This document shows positions 47,916 through 58,183 of a stretch of DNA of 64,000 bases, one piece after another. The stretch is from the NCBI GenBank assembly GCA_023381695.1, contig JAMCQP010000117.1, forward strand, positions 10,489-74,488, in the 5' to 3' direction. Position 1 is the stretch's first letter; each line of letters begins with the position of its first letter. This DNA is from Bacillota bacterium (lineage in GTDB: Bacteria; Bacillota; UBA5301; JAMCQP01). The notes under the pieces were generated by a model. It ran no database searches. It was not told the origin of the DNA and saw only the letters and a program-made list of their open reading frames with translations. The position numbers were made by a program, and so were the translations under genes.

Positions 47916-49223
47916 ATGGGCAAGACTAATCGCCGCCAGGCATTCCTTGTTGCTGCCGGGCATCTCTTCAATGATTTCTACGGGAGCCTTTTGACTCCGA
48001 TTCTCCCCATTTTGGTGCGTGAATTGAACATTTCCCTGACCATGGCCGGGGCGGTGGTTTCTACCCTCTCCTTGACCACGGCTTTTTTGCAGCCGATATT
48101 CGGGTGGCTGGTGGACCGGCGGCCCAGGCTATGGGTGCTTTCTCTGGGCCTGGCCTGGATTGCGACGCTGATGACCTTCACTGGCTTTGCCCCGCATTAC
48201 TGGATCTTCCTGGTCATGGCAGGGTTGGCCGGGCTCGGTTCGGCTGTTTATCATCCTCTGGGCTCTGTCCTGATGACGCGGGCTGTGAACGGGCAAAAAG
48301 GCCTGGCCATGTCCATCTACTCTTCCATCGGCAACTTTGGGGAGGCGCTGGTGCCCCTCATTGTCACCCCGGTGGCCATGGCTTTGGGCCTGAAGGGTCT
48401 TGCGCTGCTGGCGATCCCCGGTCTTCTTCTGGCGTGGTTGATCTACCGGGCCTACCGGAATGAGCCTTCACCATCGCCGGAACTTTTAACGGTCTCTCTC
48501 GAGCGGCGAAGTGATGGTGACGGTGAGACTTTGTACACTCCCGCTTCTTCCGTAAATCCCGCGCCTGCCGCGCCAACAGCGCCTGTGGCGCCACCCGCGC
48601 CTGCCGCGCCAACCGGGCATCCATGGTTCTGGGTGGCCCTTTTGGACCTTGTCTTGATTATGCGTTCCGCGGTTCACAGCAGCCTGATTGCATTTCTGCC
48701 GGTATATCTGGTCCATAAGGGTTATACCATTGTGGCCTCGGGCCGGATCCTCTTCTCTTTCATGCTGGCCAGCGCCGTGGGAATACCTTTTGCCGGGCTT
48801 CTTGCCGACCGTTACGGCCGGAAGCCGATCATGGTGATCTCCCTGGCGGGGACATTTGTCTTTACCAGTCTCTTCCTGATCACCGGGATGCGGCCAGGAG
48901 TGGTGCTGCTGACCCTGGCTGGCGTGCTCATACTTGCCACGCTGCCTCTGTCCATCGTGGCCGCGCAGGAGCTTATTCCGGCGCGGGCGGGCATGGCTTC
49001 CGGGCTGATGATGGGTTTTGCCTGGGGCATCGGGGGAGTCGGCGCGACAGTGACGGGCGCTCTTTCGGATGCAATGGGTGTTGGCGCGGCTCTTCACGCC
49101 ATGATCTGGCTGCTCCTGCCGGCGGCGGCCCTGGTAGTCTTTCTTCCCGCGCATGTCTCGAAGCCCGCGCGGTCCGCGCCGCCCGCGCCTCCCGCACCGG
49201 TTCAGAGACCACAATCGGTGTAG
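47916..49223 (+). CDS. MFS transporter, Fsr-like, with a Pro/Ala-rich central loop
   Basis: HLFNDFY, QPIFGWLVDR, AVYHPLGS, LADRYGRK. Confidence 0.9.
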   Translation: MGKTNRRQAFLVAAGHLFNDFYGSLLTPILPILVRELNISLTMAGAVVSTLSLTTAFLQPIFGWLVDRRPRLWVLSLGLAWIATLMTFTGFAPHYWIFLVMAGLAGLGSAVYHPLGSVLMTRAVNGQKGLAMSIYSSIGNFGEALVPLIVTPVAMALGLKGLALLAIPGLLLAWLIYRAYRNEPSPSPELLTVSLERRSDGDGETLYTPASSVNPAPAAPTAPVAPPAPAAPTGHPWFWVALLDLVLIMRSAVHSSLIAFLPVYLVHKGYTIVASGRILFSFMLASAVGIPFAGLLADRYGRKPIMVISLAGTFVFTSLFLITGMRPGVVLLTLAGVLILATLPLSIVAAQELIPARAGMASGLMMGFAWGIGGVGATVTGALSDAMGVGAALHAMIWLLLPAAALVVFLPAHVSKPARSAPPAPPAPVQRPQSV

Positions 49224-49273
49224 ACTATACCAGGGATCCCCGTAAATTATAATCTCAAATCACTGGAGGGGCG

Positions 49274-49616
49274 GGCCTTCTGACCAACAAAGTATTTGAA
49301 TGGAATTCCGGCGGATTCCCGGGCGGCCGCGGTTTGGAGGAAGGAACGCGTAAATTCGTTACTCACCGAAGAGAACCTGCAAAAGGTCAGGGCTTTGAAC
49401 GAGATAGCCGCGCGGCGCGGCCAATCCCTGGCTCAGATGGCTCTGGCATGGGCACTCAGGCTGCCTGCCATCACCAGCGTTCTGGTGGGAGCCTCCCGGG
49501 TCTCCCAGATTGAGGAGAACGTGGCCGCGTTGCAAAACCTGGACTTCACCAAAGAAGAGCTGGCGGAGATTGACCGGATTACCCTGGAGCCCGCCGGCCC
49601 CAAAGAGGATGACTGA
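49274..49616 (+). pseudogene. C-terminal fragment of an aldo/keto reductase (YghZ/MgrA-like)
   Basis: GLLTNK/YLNGIP (+1 A)...SLAQMALAW..VLVGASRVSQIEEN; N-terminal two-thirds absent. Confidence 0.8.
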
Positions 49617-50606
49617 ATGGAAAAGGAATATTATCTGGGCATTGATGGAGGGCAGAGCGGTTCCCGGTGCCTGGTGATTGACTCCGGTGGGACTATTGTT
49701 GGCATGGGCAAGGCGGGCAAGATCGATCACGTCCTTGCGCCTGGCGGACGGGAGCGTCTCAGGGAAGCCTTCCAAACAGCCATTGCGGGAGCAACTGGCG
49801 GAGAAAAGATCCAGTTCAAGGCGGCTTTCCTCGGGTTAAGCGGGGTAGTGGCCGGGGGATGCCTGGAACAGACCGTCCGGGAAGCTGTGGCTGGCGTTTT
49901 CCATACGGAGCACCTTTTTGTTGACAACGATGGAATAATTGCCTGGGGCGGCGCGCTTTCTTTACGGCCGGGGATTATCGCCATTGCCGGGAGCGGCTCA
50001 CTGGTTCTCGGAGTGGATCATAAAGGCCGGATGGAGAGAGCGGCAGGCTGGGGGTACCTGTTTGGCGATGAGGCGGGCGCGTTTGGCATAGCCGTATCCG
50101 CGATAAAAGGGGAACTCCGAAAGGCCGACGAAGGCTACCCTCCCTCGGCGTTGACGGAACAGATTGTGGCCCATTTCGGGGTCAGGGAGTTGTGGGAGAT
50201 TGTGAAGGGCTTCTATGCCGGGGATTTTGATCGCGCAAAGATTGGGGGGCTAACCCCCGTGCTTGCCGCAGCAGCAAGAAACGGCAGCGGCGACCTGATG
50301 GAGATCTTTCGGGATGCGGCCACGGTTCTGGCAGACCAGATTGACATGGTGGCCAGGCGCCTGGACTGGAAAGGCTCCTCGATCCTGTGGTCCCCGATCG
50401 GAGGGGTTTTTCGGAGTGGAGATCTCTTCACCGAACCTTTAGTTGGTCGTTTAAAGAGCATTTCCACCTTTGATTTCACCATGGTTCCCCCGGAATATCC
50501 TCCGGTTGTTGGGGCGGCTTTGCTGGCCTTTCAAAAGTCCGGGCGAGCTTTTCCGAACGGTTTCTTGGGGAGGCTGAGGGAGAGTTTCCGGCCTTTGGCG
50601 GATTAA
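49617..50606 (+). CDS. BadF/BadG-type amino-sugar kinase (GlcNAc kinase-like)
   Basis: LGIDGGQSGSR, VDNDG, IAGSGS, GWGYLFGDEAGA. Confidence 0.88.
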   Translation: MEKEYYLGIDGGQSGSRCLVIDSGGTIVGMGKAGKIDHVLAPGGRERLREAFQTAIAGATGGEKIQFKAAFLGLSGVVAGGCLEQTVREAVAGVFHTEHLFVDNDGIIAWGGALSLRPGIIAIAGSGSLVLGVDHKGRMERAAGWGYLFGDEAGAFGIAVSAIKGELRKADEGYPPSALTEQIVAHFGVRELWEIVKGFYAGDFDRAKIGGLTPVLAAAARNGSGDLMEIFRDAATVLADQIDMVARRLDWKGSSILWSPIGGVFRSGDLFTEPLVGRLKSISTFDFTMVPPEYPPVVGAALLAFQKSGRAFPNGFLGRLRESFRPLAD

Positions 50607-50755
50607 ACTCTCTGGCGTTTACAAGATTGGACCGTGATGGCGAAAGCCTGCCTGGAAGAAAGCGGGGCCTGGAGTAAATCCGGGCTCAATTTTTTTGGAA
50701 AGATCTTCAGTTGAAGGAGGAAAATCGAAGACAGCATTGAATGAAATATACATAG

Positions 50756-50769
50756 ATGAAACATTTCAT
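50756..50769. promoter_or_regulatory. Candidate RpiR operator
   Basis: ATGAAACATTTCAT palindrome 30 bp upstream of the RpiR start. Confidence 0.4.
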
Positions 50770-50798
50770 GTAGGTTTTATACATAACGGGAGGCAGGC

Positions 50799-51689
50799 AT
50801 GCGTAAAGCCCAGGTTAAGATGCATATTCAGGAGACGCTGGCAAGGATGAATTCCGTCCTGCCTTCGTTGCGTCCGGCAGAGCAGCGGGTCGCCCGTTTA
50901 ATCCTGGAAAATCCGAGAGCCGCCATAGAGATGTCCGTTACAGAACTGGCCCAGCTCGTGGATACCAGCGAGACCACGGTGATCCGGCTTGCCAAGGAAC
51001 TGGGATTCAAAGGGTTGCGGGAGCTCAAGATGTCGATTGCCACAGAACTACCCAGTACATTCAACATCTACGATCAGTTGGGGCCAGGGGAGACGCTGGA
51101 GGACATATCCACCACCTTTTTCTCACTGGCCGTGAAAGCATTCAGTGACACGCTTGGATTGCTGGATCTGGCGGAACTGGAAAAAGCCATTGACGCTCTG
51201 GAAAACGCCGCCAGGATCGGATGTTTTGGCGCGGGAGCTTCGGGTTATGTGGCGCTTGATGCTCAGCAAAAGCTTCTCAGGGTTAACCTGCCGGCGTGGT
51301 CTTTTGTGGACACGCATGAACAGCTTGGCTTCGCCAGCGGCCTCACGGCAAAAGATGCGGCTATCGGCATCTCCCATTCCGGATACACCAAGGACACGCT
51401 GGCCGCTCTTTCCCTGGCCAGGGAGAATGGCGCGCGGACCATCGCCATTGTGGGAGATCCCCGTTCCCGGCTCGCGGGAATGGCGGAGATCACCCTCGTC
51501 GCCGCCTCGACGGAGATGACTTTTAAAATTGGAACAATGATCTCCCGGCTTTCCCAACTGGCGATAGTTGATTTACTTACTTTGGGGATCGCTTCCCGGC
51601 GTAAAGAGCTGATCATCGAGCAGTTTGACAGGCGGACCAGAGCGTTGTCCCAGAGAAAGTTCCGGCCTGGCTCCAACTCCGAGGATTAG
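50799..51689 (+). CDS. MurR/RpiR-family regulator
   Basis: SETTVIRLAKELGFKGL; GAGASG, ISHSGYT (SIS). Confidence 0.92.
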   Translation: MRKAQVKMHIQETLARMNSVLPSLRPAEQRVARLILENPRAAIEMSVTELAQLVDTSETTVIRLAKELGFKGLRELKMSIATELPSTFNIYDQLGPGETLEDISTTFFSLAVKAFSDTLGLLDLAELEKAIDALENAARIGCFGAGASGYVALDAQQKLLRVNLPAWSFVDTHEQLGFASGLTAKDAAIGISHSGYTKDTLAALSLARENGARTIAIVGDPRSRLAGMAEITLVAASTEMTFKIGTMISRLSQLAIVDLLTLGIASRRKELIIEQFDRRTRALSQRKFRPGSNSED

Positions 51690-51770
51690 ATCGCCGCCGG
51701 AACAGCCCGTTAACAGGGCCTCTTCGATCCCAGGGCTTAAATTGTCCCAATCTTACGGAGATGATTCTCA

Positions 51771-52496
51771 ATGCTTGCCAGTGATTTTTTTCGGGCGGTA
51801 AAAGGCCGTTTGATTGTATCTTGCCAGGCGCTTCCCGGCACTCCGCTCCACCATCCCGCGATTATCGCCGCCATCGCTCTCTCCGTCGAACAAGGAGGAG
51901 CGAGCGCGTTGCGAATCAACAGCGCGGAAAACATCAGGGAAGTCAGGCGCTTTTCCTCGTTGCCTGTTATTGGGATCGGGAAAGGGACAGATCGTTCGCA
52001 AATTTACATTACCCCCGATTTCGACACCGCGAAGGAGCTGGCTGAAGCGGGAGCTGACGTGGTGGCAATTCAGGCCACCGAACCACGCAACGGTAGATGT
52101 GATCCTTTGAGAGAACTTATCGGCCGGATTCACGCTGAACTGGGCGTGGCGGTGATGGCCGACGTCTCCACGGTGGGTGAGGGGGAGAAGGCCATGGCCG
52201 CTGGAGCGGATATGGTGGCTACCACCCTGTCCGGATATACTCCTCAGAGCCCCCGTCAGAAAGAACCGGATCTGGAGTTGGTACGAGCATTAAGTGCAAA
52301 GGGTTTTCCGGTAATTGCGGAGGGAAGATACCGGACGCCGGAACAGGTTATCCAGGCGTTGAATTTCGGGGCGATTTCCGTGGTGATGGGAACATTTATT
52401 ACCATGCCGGACAGGATTACCAGGTTTATTGTTTCTTATCTTGACGATTACTATCGGGGGGTGGGAAAGAATCAAGATGATCTGAGCCGGGGTTAG
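51771..52496 (+). CDS. nanE: N-acetylmannosamine-6-phosphate 2-epimerase
   Basis: LIVSCQAL, LPVIGIGK, YITP, MADVST, TTLSGYT, VIAEGRY. Confidence 0.88.
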   Translation: MLASDFFRAVKGRLIVSCQALPGTPLHHPAIIAAIALSVEQGGASALRINSAENIREVRRFSSLPVIGIGKGTDRSQIYITPDFDTAKELAEAGADVVAIQATEPRNGRCDPLRELIGRIHAELGVAVMADVSTVGEGEKAMAAGADMVATTLSGYTPQSPRQKEPDLELVRALSAKGFPVIAEGRYRTPEQVIQALNFGAISVVMGTFITMPDRITRFIVSYLDDYYRGVGKNQDDLSRG

Positions 52497-52522
52497 CACC
52501 AATAAAAAGGAGGTTATGAGCA

Positions 52523-53788
52523 ATGAAAGCCAGAGTTCTTCGTATCCTTACTGTAACCCTTCTGCTTCTTCTTGCGGTGAGTTCTTTGGCGAGCGCCAGG
52601 GTTACCATTACTTATTGGACGCATACCCACCCTCCAATGGTGGACCTGACCAAAGAGCTGATTGCCGAGTTTGAAAAAGAAAATCCGGACATCCAGGTCG
52701 AATATACGGCCATTCCCAACAATCAGTTCTTCACCAAGATGCTGACCTCCATGAGTACTGGAACCGGGCCGGATGTCTTCAACATGAGCAGCACCCGGAT
52801 CACTGCCTATTTGGGTTCGGACGCGGTAGTTCCCGTGATTCCTTCCGCCTTTGGCTATAAGAATCAGGCCGAGCTGGAAAATGCCTGGGTGAAAGGCACA
52901 CTGAAGGCGGCCAGCAAAGACGGCAAGATTTACGGAATTCCCAGCGAATATAACGTATCCGCTCTGGTCATCAACGCGGCTCATTTCAAGGAAGCCGGCC
53001 TTAATCCCAACAACCCGCCCAGGACCTGGGACGAACTGAAAAAGCACGCCGAGAAACTCACGGTTCGCAAGGGGAACCAAATTGTCCGGCGCGGCTTCGA
53101 CTTCTTCTACCTGCCCAATTTCTACTGGCTGGACTTCGGCGTCCTGCTCGGGCAGCAAGGAGGGCACATCCTCAGCGCCAACGGGAAGGAATCCGTGATT
53201 AACGGCGAAGCGGGGGTAAAGGCTCTTCAGACGTGGTATGACATGGTGTATAAGGATAAGGTGGCTGGCCCCCAGTATAGCCTGAAGGATTCCACCAATC
53301 CCATGATCGATTATGTCAACGGCAATGTTTCCATGTTCCTGGCCTATCCCTGGTCGATTGGTCTTTTGAAGGATACGCCGGTGTGGAAGGATTCCGTAAT
53401 TGTGCCCCTGCCGCAAATGGATCCCGCGCACCCGGTAACCCACGCTTATGGTTACTATTGGATGGTGAGCAAAACCTCCAAACATCCGGAGGCGTCGTGG
53501 AAATTCGTAAACTTCCTTTCCTCGCATCCGGAGCGCTGGCTCAAGGATGTGAGCTTCATCCAGCCGCGCAAGGGGTGGACGAACCTGCCTGAAGCCAAAG
53601 CGTTCCCGTATATCGAGGTCTGGCTGGGTGAGATGGGCAAGAGTTCGTTCGGTGACATGAGCCCATATTGGGCCGAGATCTCCGCGGCTATCCAGCGGGC
53701 GGTGGAAAACTCCATCATGAACGGGGTGGCTCCGAAAGCGGCTCTGGCTCAAGCAAAGAGTGAGATCGACGCGGCTCTGAAACAGTAA
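52523..53788 (+). CDS. Carbohydrate ABC substrate-binding protein
   Basis: Signal peptide; PPRTWDEL; AGGAGG RBS. Confidence 0.92.
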   Translation: MKARVLRILTVTLLLLLAVSSLASARVTITYWTHTHPPMVDLTKELIAEFEKENPDIQVEYTAIPNNQFFTKMLTSMSTGTGPDVFNMSSTRITAYLGSDAVVPVIPSAFGYKNQAELENAWVKGTLKAASKDGKIYGIPSEYNVSALVINAAHFKEAGLNPNNPPRTWDELKKHAEKLTVRKGNQIVRRGFDFFYLPNFYWLDFGVLLGQQGGHILSANGKESVINGEAGVKALQTWYDMVYKDKVAGPQYSLKDSTNPMIDYVNGNVSMFLAYPWSIGLLKDTPVWKDSVIVPLPQMDPAHPVTHAYGYYWMVSKTSKHPEASWKFVNFLSSHPERWLKDVSFIQPRKGWTNLPEAKAFPYIEVWLGEMGKSSFGDMSPYWAEISAAIQRAVENSIMNGVAPKAALAQAKSEIDAALKQ

Positions 53789-53869
53789 CCCGCGCGGGAA
53801 AAAGACGGCGGAACCCGGTGCCATCCATTCCGGCGGCTCCGGTTTCCGCCCCCTTACGGGGGAAGAGAG

Positions 53870-54787
53870 ATGACGATCTTTCCAGGGAGAAGGCTCAAAA
53901 CAAACGGCGTACGCCGGAAATCACATCTCAAGAGAAAAGAGGCGTGGGCGGGCTTTCTGTTCGCCTTGCCCGCCGTCCTCATGTTCGCGGCTTTTTCCGG
54001 GTACCCGATCCTGCGAACCCTGTATCTAAGTTTCTTTGATTATAACATGCTGACGCCTCCAAAATTCAAAGGGCTGGAAAATTACGTCTCCCTTTTCCAG
54101 GATCCGCTCTTCTGGCAGTCGGTGAGAGCCACCGCCGTCTATATTCTTGGGACCTACGTTCCTACCATTATTCTGGCCTTATGCCTGGCGCTGCTTCTTA
54201 ACCGGAAATTCCGGCTGCGGGGGCTTTTTCGTACTTTATATTTTACGCCAGTGGTGATGTCCATGGTGGTGGTGGCGGTAATCTGGAAACTGCTCTTCTT
54301 CTATCAGGGTCCGCTCAACATGTTGCTCGGTTATTTTTCCATCCAGCCCATACAGTGGCTCTCCAGCACCACCTTCGCTCCCGTGGCCCTGGCGGTCATG
54401 ACAACCTGGAAGAGCGTTGGCTATTTCACGGTCCTTTATCTGGCAGGCTTGCAGGGGATCCCCACGGAATACCGGGAAGCCGGAATGATCGATGGCGCCA
54501 CGGGCTGGCAGCTTTTCCGCTTTATTACGCTGCCTCTGTTAAAGCCGATTACGGTATTCGTGGTTGCGATGTCCCTTCTCTTTGGCGTTCAAGAGTTTAC
54601 GGCCCAGTATGTCATGACCGGGGGAGGCCCAAATGGCGTTACCCGCGTTCTGGCTCTTCTGGTCTATGAGACGGGTTTTGGCTTCATGAAGATGGGGCGG
54701 GCGACCGCCATCTCCATCATTCTCTTCGTCATCCTGGTGGCCATTACCATGCTGCAGCGGCGCTGGCTGACCGCCACTGATTATTGA
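53870..54787 (+). CDS. Carbohydrate ABC permease
   Basis: YREAGMIDGA, TGGGPNG. Confidence 0.92.
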   Translation: MTIFPGRRLKTNGVRRKSHLKRKEAWAGFLFALPAVLMFAAFSGYPILRTLYLSFFDYNMLTPPKFKGLENYVSLFQDPLFWQSVRATAVYILGTYVPTIILALCLALLLNRKFRLRGLFRTLYFTPVVMSMVVVAVIWKLLFFYQGPLNMLLGYFSIQPIQWLSSTTFAPVALAVMTTWKSVGYFTVLYLAGLQGIPTEYREAGMIDGATGWQLFRFITLPLLKPITVFVVAMSLLFGVQEFTAQYVMTGGGPNGVTRVLALLVYETGFGFMKMGRATAISIILFVILVAITMLQRRWLTATDY

Positions 54788-55653
54788 CCGAGATTCAGCG
54801 AGCAGAGGTGATGCACATGAAAAGAATCGAAATGAAGTTCGGGCTCAAAAACCTGCTTGTTTACGCGCTGCTGGTGGGTGGCGCCCTGGTGGTGGCTTTC
54901 CCGTTCTTTTACGCCATTTCCACCTCACTAAAGGCCAGCTATGATATCTTCAAGATTCCCATGGAGTGGATCCCCAGGGAAATTCACTGGGAGAATTACG
55001 TCGTCCCGTTCCAGACCAGGCCTCTGGGGCGCAACTTCCTGAACAGCGTCCTGGTTTCAACGGCGGTTACCGTCCTCAACGTCATCACCTGCACCATGGC
55101 GGGCTATAGTTTCGCCAAATTCCGGTATTACGGCCGGGACATGATGTTTTTGGGGGTTCTCGCAACCCTGATGGTGCCGATTCAGGTGATCCTGGTGCCG
55201 CTTTTTGTGCTGGTAAAAGCCCTGGGATGGCTGAACAGCTATGCCGGGCTGATCATTCCTGCTGGAACCAGCGCGTTTGGGGTCTTCCTGATGCGGCAGT
55301 ATTTTCAGACCGTGCCACTGGAGATTATGGAAGCGGCGCGTATCGATGGCTGCGGCGAACTCCGCATCTTCGCCCAGGTGGTCATGCCCCTGGTCAGGCC
55401 TGCTCTTTCGGCGCTGGTGATCTTCATCTTCATGAACAACTGGAATAGTTTCCTGTGGCCGCTGCTGGTGGTCTCCCGGGATGAGATGATGACTTTGCCT
55501 TTGGGAATAGCGGCGTTCGAAAGCACCTATTCCACCAACTTTGGACAGTTGATGGCTGTTTCGCTCATATCGACCCTGCCGGTTCTGATTGCGTTTCTGT
55601 TGCTGCAAAGACAGTTCATTCAGGGTATGGCGCTCTCCGGTCTCAAGTCTTAG
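54784..55653 (+). CDS. Carbohydrate ABC permease
   Basis: IMEAARIDGC, WNSFLWP; true start may be 54811 or 54817. Confidence 0.92.
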   Translation: MTEIQRAEVMHMKRIEMKFGLKNLLVYALLVGGALVVAFPFFYAISTSLKASYDIFKIPMEWIPREIHWENYVVPFQTRPLGRNFLNSVLVSTAVTVLNVITCTMAGYSFAKFRYYGRDMMFLGVLATLMVPIQVILVPLFVLVKALGWLNSYAGLIIPAGTSAFGVFLMRQYFQTVPLEIMEAARIDGCGELRIFAQVVMPLVRPALSALVIFIFMNNWNSFLWPLLVVSRDEMMTLPLGIAAFESTYSTNFGQLMAVSLISTLPVLIAFLLLQRQFIQGMALSGLKS

Positions 55654-55707
55654 CGGAAGCTGGCGGGAAAAGGTAAAGATCCTGGTGTATCACAACCATT
55701 AGCTAAC

Positions 55708-56934
55708 ATGCGTAACGAAATGCTTCCGGAAAGGGGAAGATCTTTGGAACCCATGGTTGAATCTCCCGCCAGGGCGGGGTTTGATCCGGAACTTTTGGAA
55801 AGGGCTCTCCAGGTTGTCCGGAGCAATAGCGGCGCCGATCGCCAGAAGCACGCCTATCCCGGCGCGGTGGCGGTTGTGGCCCGGTCGGGCCGCCTGGCGG
55901 CATTTGAGGCAACTGGTTATGCTTCGCTGGAACCAGGGATCCCCATGCGGGTTGACCATGTTTTCGACATCGCCTCGCTGACCAAGGTGGTGGCCACCAC
56001 AACGGCGGTGCTTCTGCTGCTTGAGAGAGGGCTGTTGAGCCTGGACGACCGCGTCGGCCATTTTTTCCCCCTGGCTTCCGGCCACGCCATAGGCGAGGCC
56101 ACCATCAAACACCTGTTGACCCATACCTCCGGGCTGCCGGGATGGGTCTCTCTTTATGAGGAGGTCCCACGGCATGGCGGGTTGCTGGAAGCCATCATTC
56201 ATGCGCCGCTGCACGCGAGTCCGGGAACAAGGGTGGAATACAGCTGCACCGGTTTTATATTGCTGGCGCTCCTGGTGCGGCAACTGACCGGTGAAAGCTT
56301 TCCGGCTTTCCTAAAGAGAGAAGTCTTCTCTCCCCTTGAAATGAAAGACACCACCTTCTTGCCGCTTGACAAACCAATCCCAGCGGAAATTTTGCCCAGG
56401 CTTCTTCCCACGGAACGCCGGCGGGAATCGGAGCGGGGGTTGGAGCTGGCCTCTTCCATGCGGTCCAACCCGGAGTGGAAGACGCGTCACCTGGATGGGG
56501 ACTTGCCTCTGGGGATTGTTCACGATGAGAACGCCGCCTTTTTGGGCGGGGTAGCGGGCAATGCCGGGCTATTTTCCACCGCGGCGGATTTGGCGAAATT
56601 CGGGTTGATGTTTCTAAACGGCGGGCGTTATGGCGATGCGCGGATCCTGAACCCGGCCACGGTGGCTCTGGCCACCAGAAACTGGACAGCGGGCCTGGGG
56701 GAGAACCGTGGATTGGGGTGGCAGCTGCCATCTCCCGGCAGTTCCTTTGGCGATCTGGTCTCCGGACGATGCTTCGGGCATACTGGATTTACCGGCACGG
56801 GGATGTGGATGGATCCGGAATCCGGACTGCTGGTGATCCTTTTGACCAACCGGTTGCAGTTTGGCAGGGCCAACGAGAGGGTTTTGAGGGTCAGACGACT
56901 TTTTCTGAACAGTCTTGCGGCAAGCATGGTGTGA
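55708..56934 (+). CDS. Beta-lactamase-family serine hydrolase (AmiE/EstB-like)
   Basis: FDIASLTK (SxxK), EYSCTGF, VHDENA, FGHTGFTGT. Confidence 0.9.
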   Translation: MRNEMLPERGRSLEPMVESPARAGFDPELLERALQVVRSNSGADRQKHAYPGAVAVVARSGRLAAFEATGYASLEPGIPMRVDHVFDIASLTKVVATTTAVLLLLERGLLSLDDRVGHFFPLASGHAIGEATIKHLLTHTSGLPGWVSLYEEVPRHGGLLEAIIHAPLHASPGTRVEYSCTGFILLALLVRQLTGESFPAFLKREVFSPLEMKDTTFLPLDKPIPAEILPRLLPTERRRESERGLELASSMRSNPEWKTRHLDGDLPLGIVHDENAAFLGGVAGNAGLFSTAADLAKFGLMFLNGGRYGDARILNPATVALATRNWTAGLGENRGLGWQLPSPGSSFGDLVSGRCFGHTGFTGTGMWMDPESGLLVILLTNRLQFGRANERVLRVRRLFLNSLAASMV

Positions 56935-56972
56935 ACTGTGATTTCCATACAGTACCAGATGCTCTTCCGCAC

Positions 56973-57119
56973 CCAGCCATCTAGCTGAAAACCCGCCTCA
57001 AATGGGTTCAAAAACAACACTCCCTCGATAACGCTATGGGAATGGAAGTCTTCGCTGAAGATCGCCGGAATCTGATTCAGGCGGGCCGTAGCCCAGACTT
57101 CTGCGTCCCAAAAGGGAAA
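56973..57119 (-). pseudogene. C-terminal half of a PIN-domain (VapC-like) toxin
   Basis: FPFWDAEVWATARLNQIPAIFSEDFH..IEGVLFLNPF; no N-terminus, no antitoxin. Confidence 0.7.
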
Positions 57120-57286
57120 GGGCCTTCGCTTGTTTTTCAAATTCGGACTGATTGGCGGATCCGGTGCAAGCCCAGGGTAAACCCAACGATCAGGCCTTGT
57201 GAGAGGTGGTAACATGATTCAGATCTAGGCAGACACGATTTTTAAGCCCGATTTAATTGCTTTTTAGACCGTATTACGGCGTCTAG

Positions 57287-57886
57287 TTATTTGCTTCCTC
57301 CATCAGGGCGTCCTTCCGGACCTGGTCCGGGTTGGCCGGTTGAGCCCTGATGCCTGGCGCGGAACCTGCGGACCTTCATCAGGTTGCCGCACGACTTGTC
57401 ATCGCAGAATCGCTTATTACGGTTGCGCGTGTCGTCGTAGAAGACCCACAGGCAGTCCGGGTTAGCGCAAACGCGGACACGGGCGCCTTCCCCCTCCACC
57501 AGCGTCAGGGCAAAAGAGGCGGCGATTTCAGCCATCACCTGCGCCCAGTCCCGCTTGAAGGGGAGAAGGTCAAGCTGGCGGCCCTCCGCGGTATGGCTAA
57601 TCTGCCGGATAACCGGCCCTCCCGCCATCACTCGATTCAACTCGCGGAGGTTAGCATCGCTTGGGATTGTTCCTGACACAAGCCTTTCGGCCTGGCTGCG
57701 CAGGCACCCCCGGAACTCTTTCAGGGCCGCCAGCTCTCCTGCGTCAGGAGGAACCGGGGCGTCAAGTTTCCAGGTCTCCAGGAATTCCTTCAACCACTGT
57801 GGGTTATCCAGCCGGTCATCCGTCCTTCCGCTGCCCCGCCAGTCATGCCATTCGCTATTGAGAAAGTCGGTCCAAAGCAGATCCAA
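57287..57886 (-). CDS. CGNR zinc-finger / ABATE (DUF1470) protein
   Basis: LWTDFLNS; RVCANPDCLWVFYDDTRNRNKRFCDDKSCGNLMKVRRFR. Confidence 0.92.
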   Translation of the reverse strand: MDLLWTDFLNSEWHDWRGSGRTDDRLDNPQWLKEFLETWKLDAPVPPDAGELAALKEFRGCLRSQAERLVSGTIPSDANLRELNRVMAGGPVIRQISHTAEGRQLDLLPFKRDWAQVMAEIAASFALTLVEGEGARVRVCANPDCLWVFYDDTRNRNKRFCDDKSCGNLMKVRRFRARHQGSTGQPGPGPEGRPDGGSK

Positions 57887-57904
57887 AAAATTACCCCCTA
57901 CCCC

Positions 57905-58034
57905 TTGACCGCAGTGGGAGTACTGTGGTATAGTTTATCCGTAACTATCGTATATATATTTTGCTAGTTACCAAAACAACATCATCCGTACTATATACTA
58001 GTGTAACATTTAAAAAGCCAAAACGCTAGTTACA
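57905..58034 (+). promoter_or_regulatory. SigA promoter plus two GTAAC-N21-GTTAC boxes
   Basis: TTGACC-18-TATAGT with extended TG; boxes at 57941-57971 and 58003-58033. Confidence 0.65.
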
Positions 58035-58049
58035 AAGAGGGAGAAAACG

Positions 58050-58175
58050 ATGAGCCACAACCAGGCAGCAGAACACCTCCTACATCATTACCTTTCTGGC
58101 CGGCATCCTCGCCGTCTTCTTCAAACTCGCCTACCAGGCTTACATACCATTTCTATTAGTGAAAGTGAAAGGTAG
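58050..58175 (+). pseudogene. Short ORF, probable 5' relic of a membrane-protein gene
   Basis: GAGGGAG RBS; a shifted frame reads QNTSYIITFLAGILAVFF (TM-like). Confidence 0.4.
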
Positions 58176-58183
58176 GTGCAACC

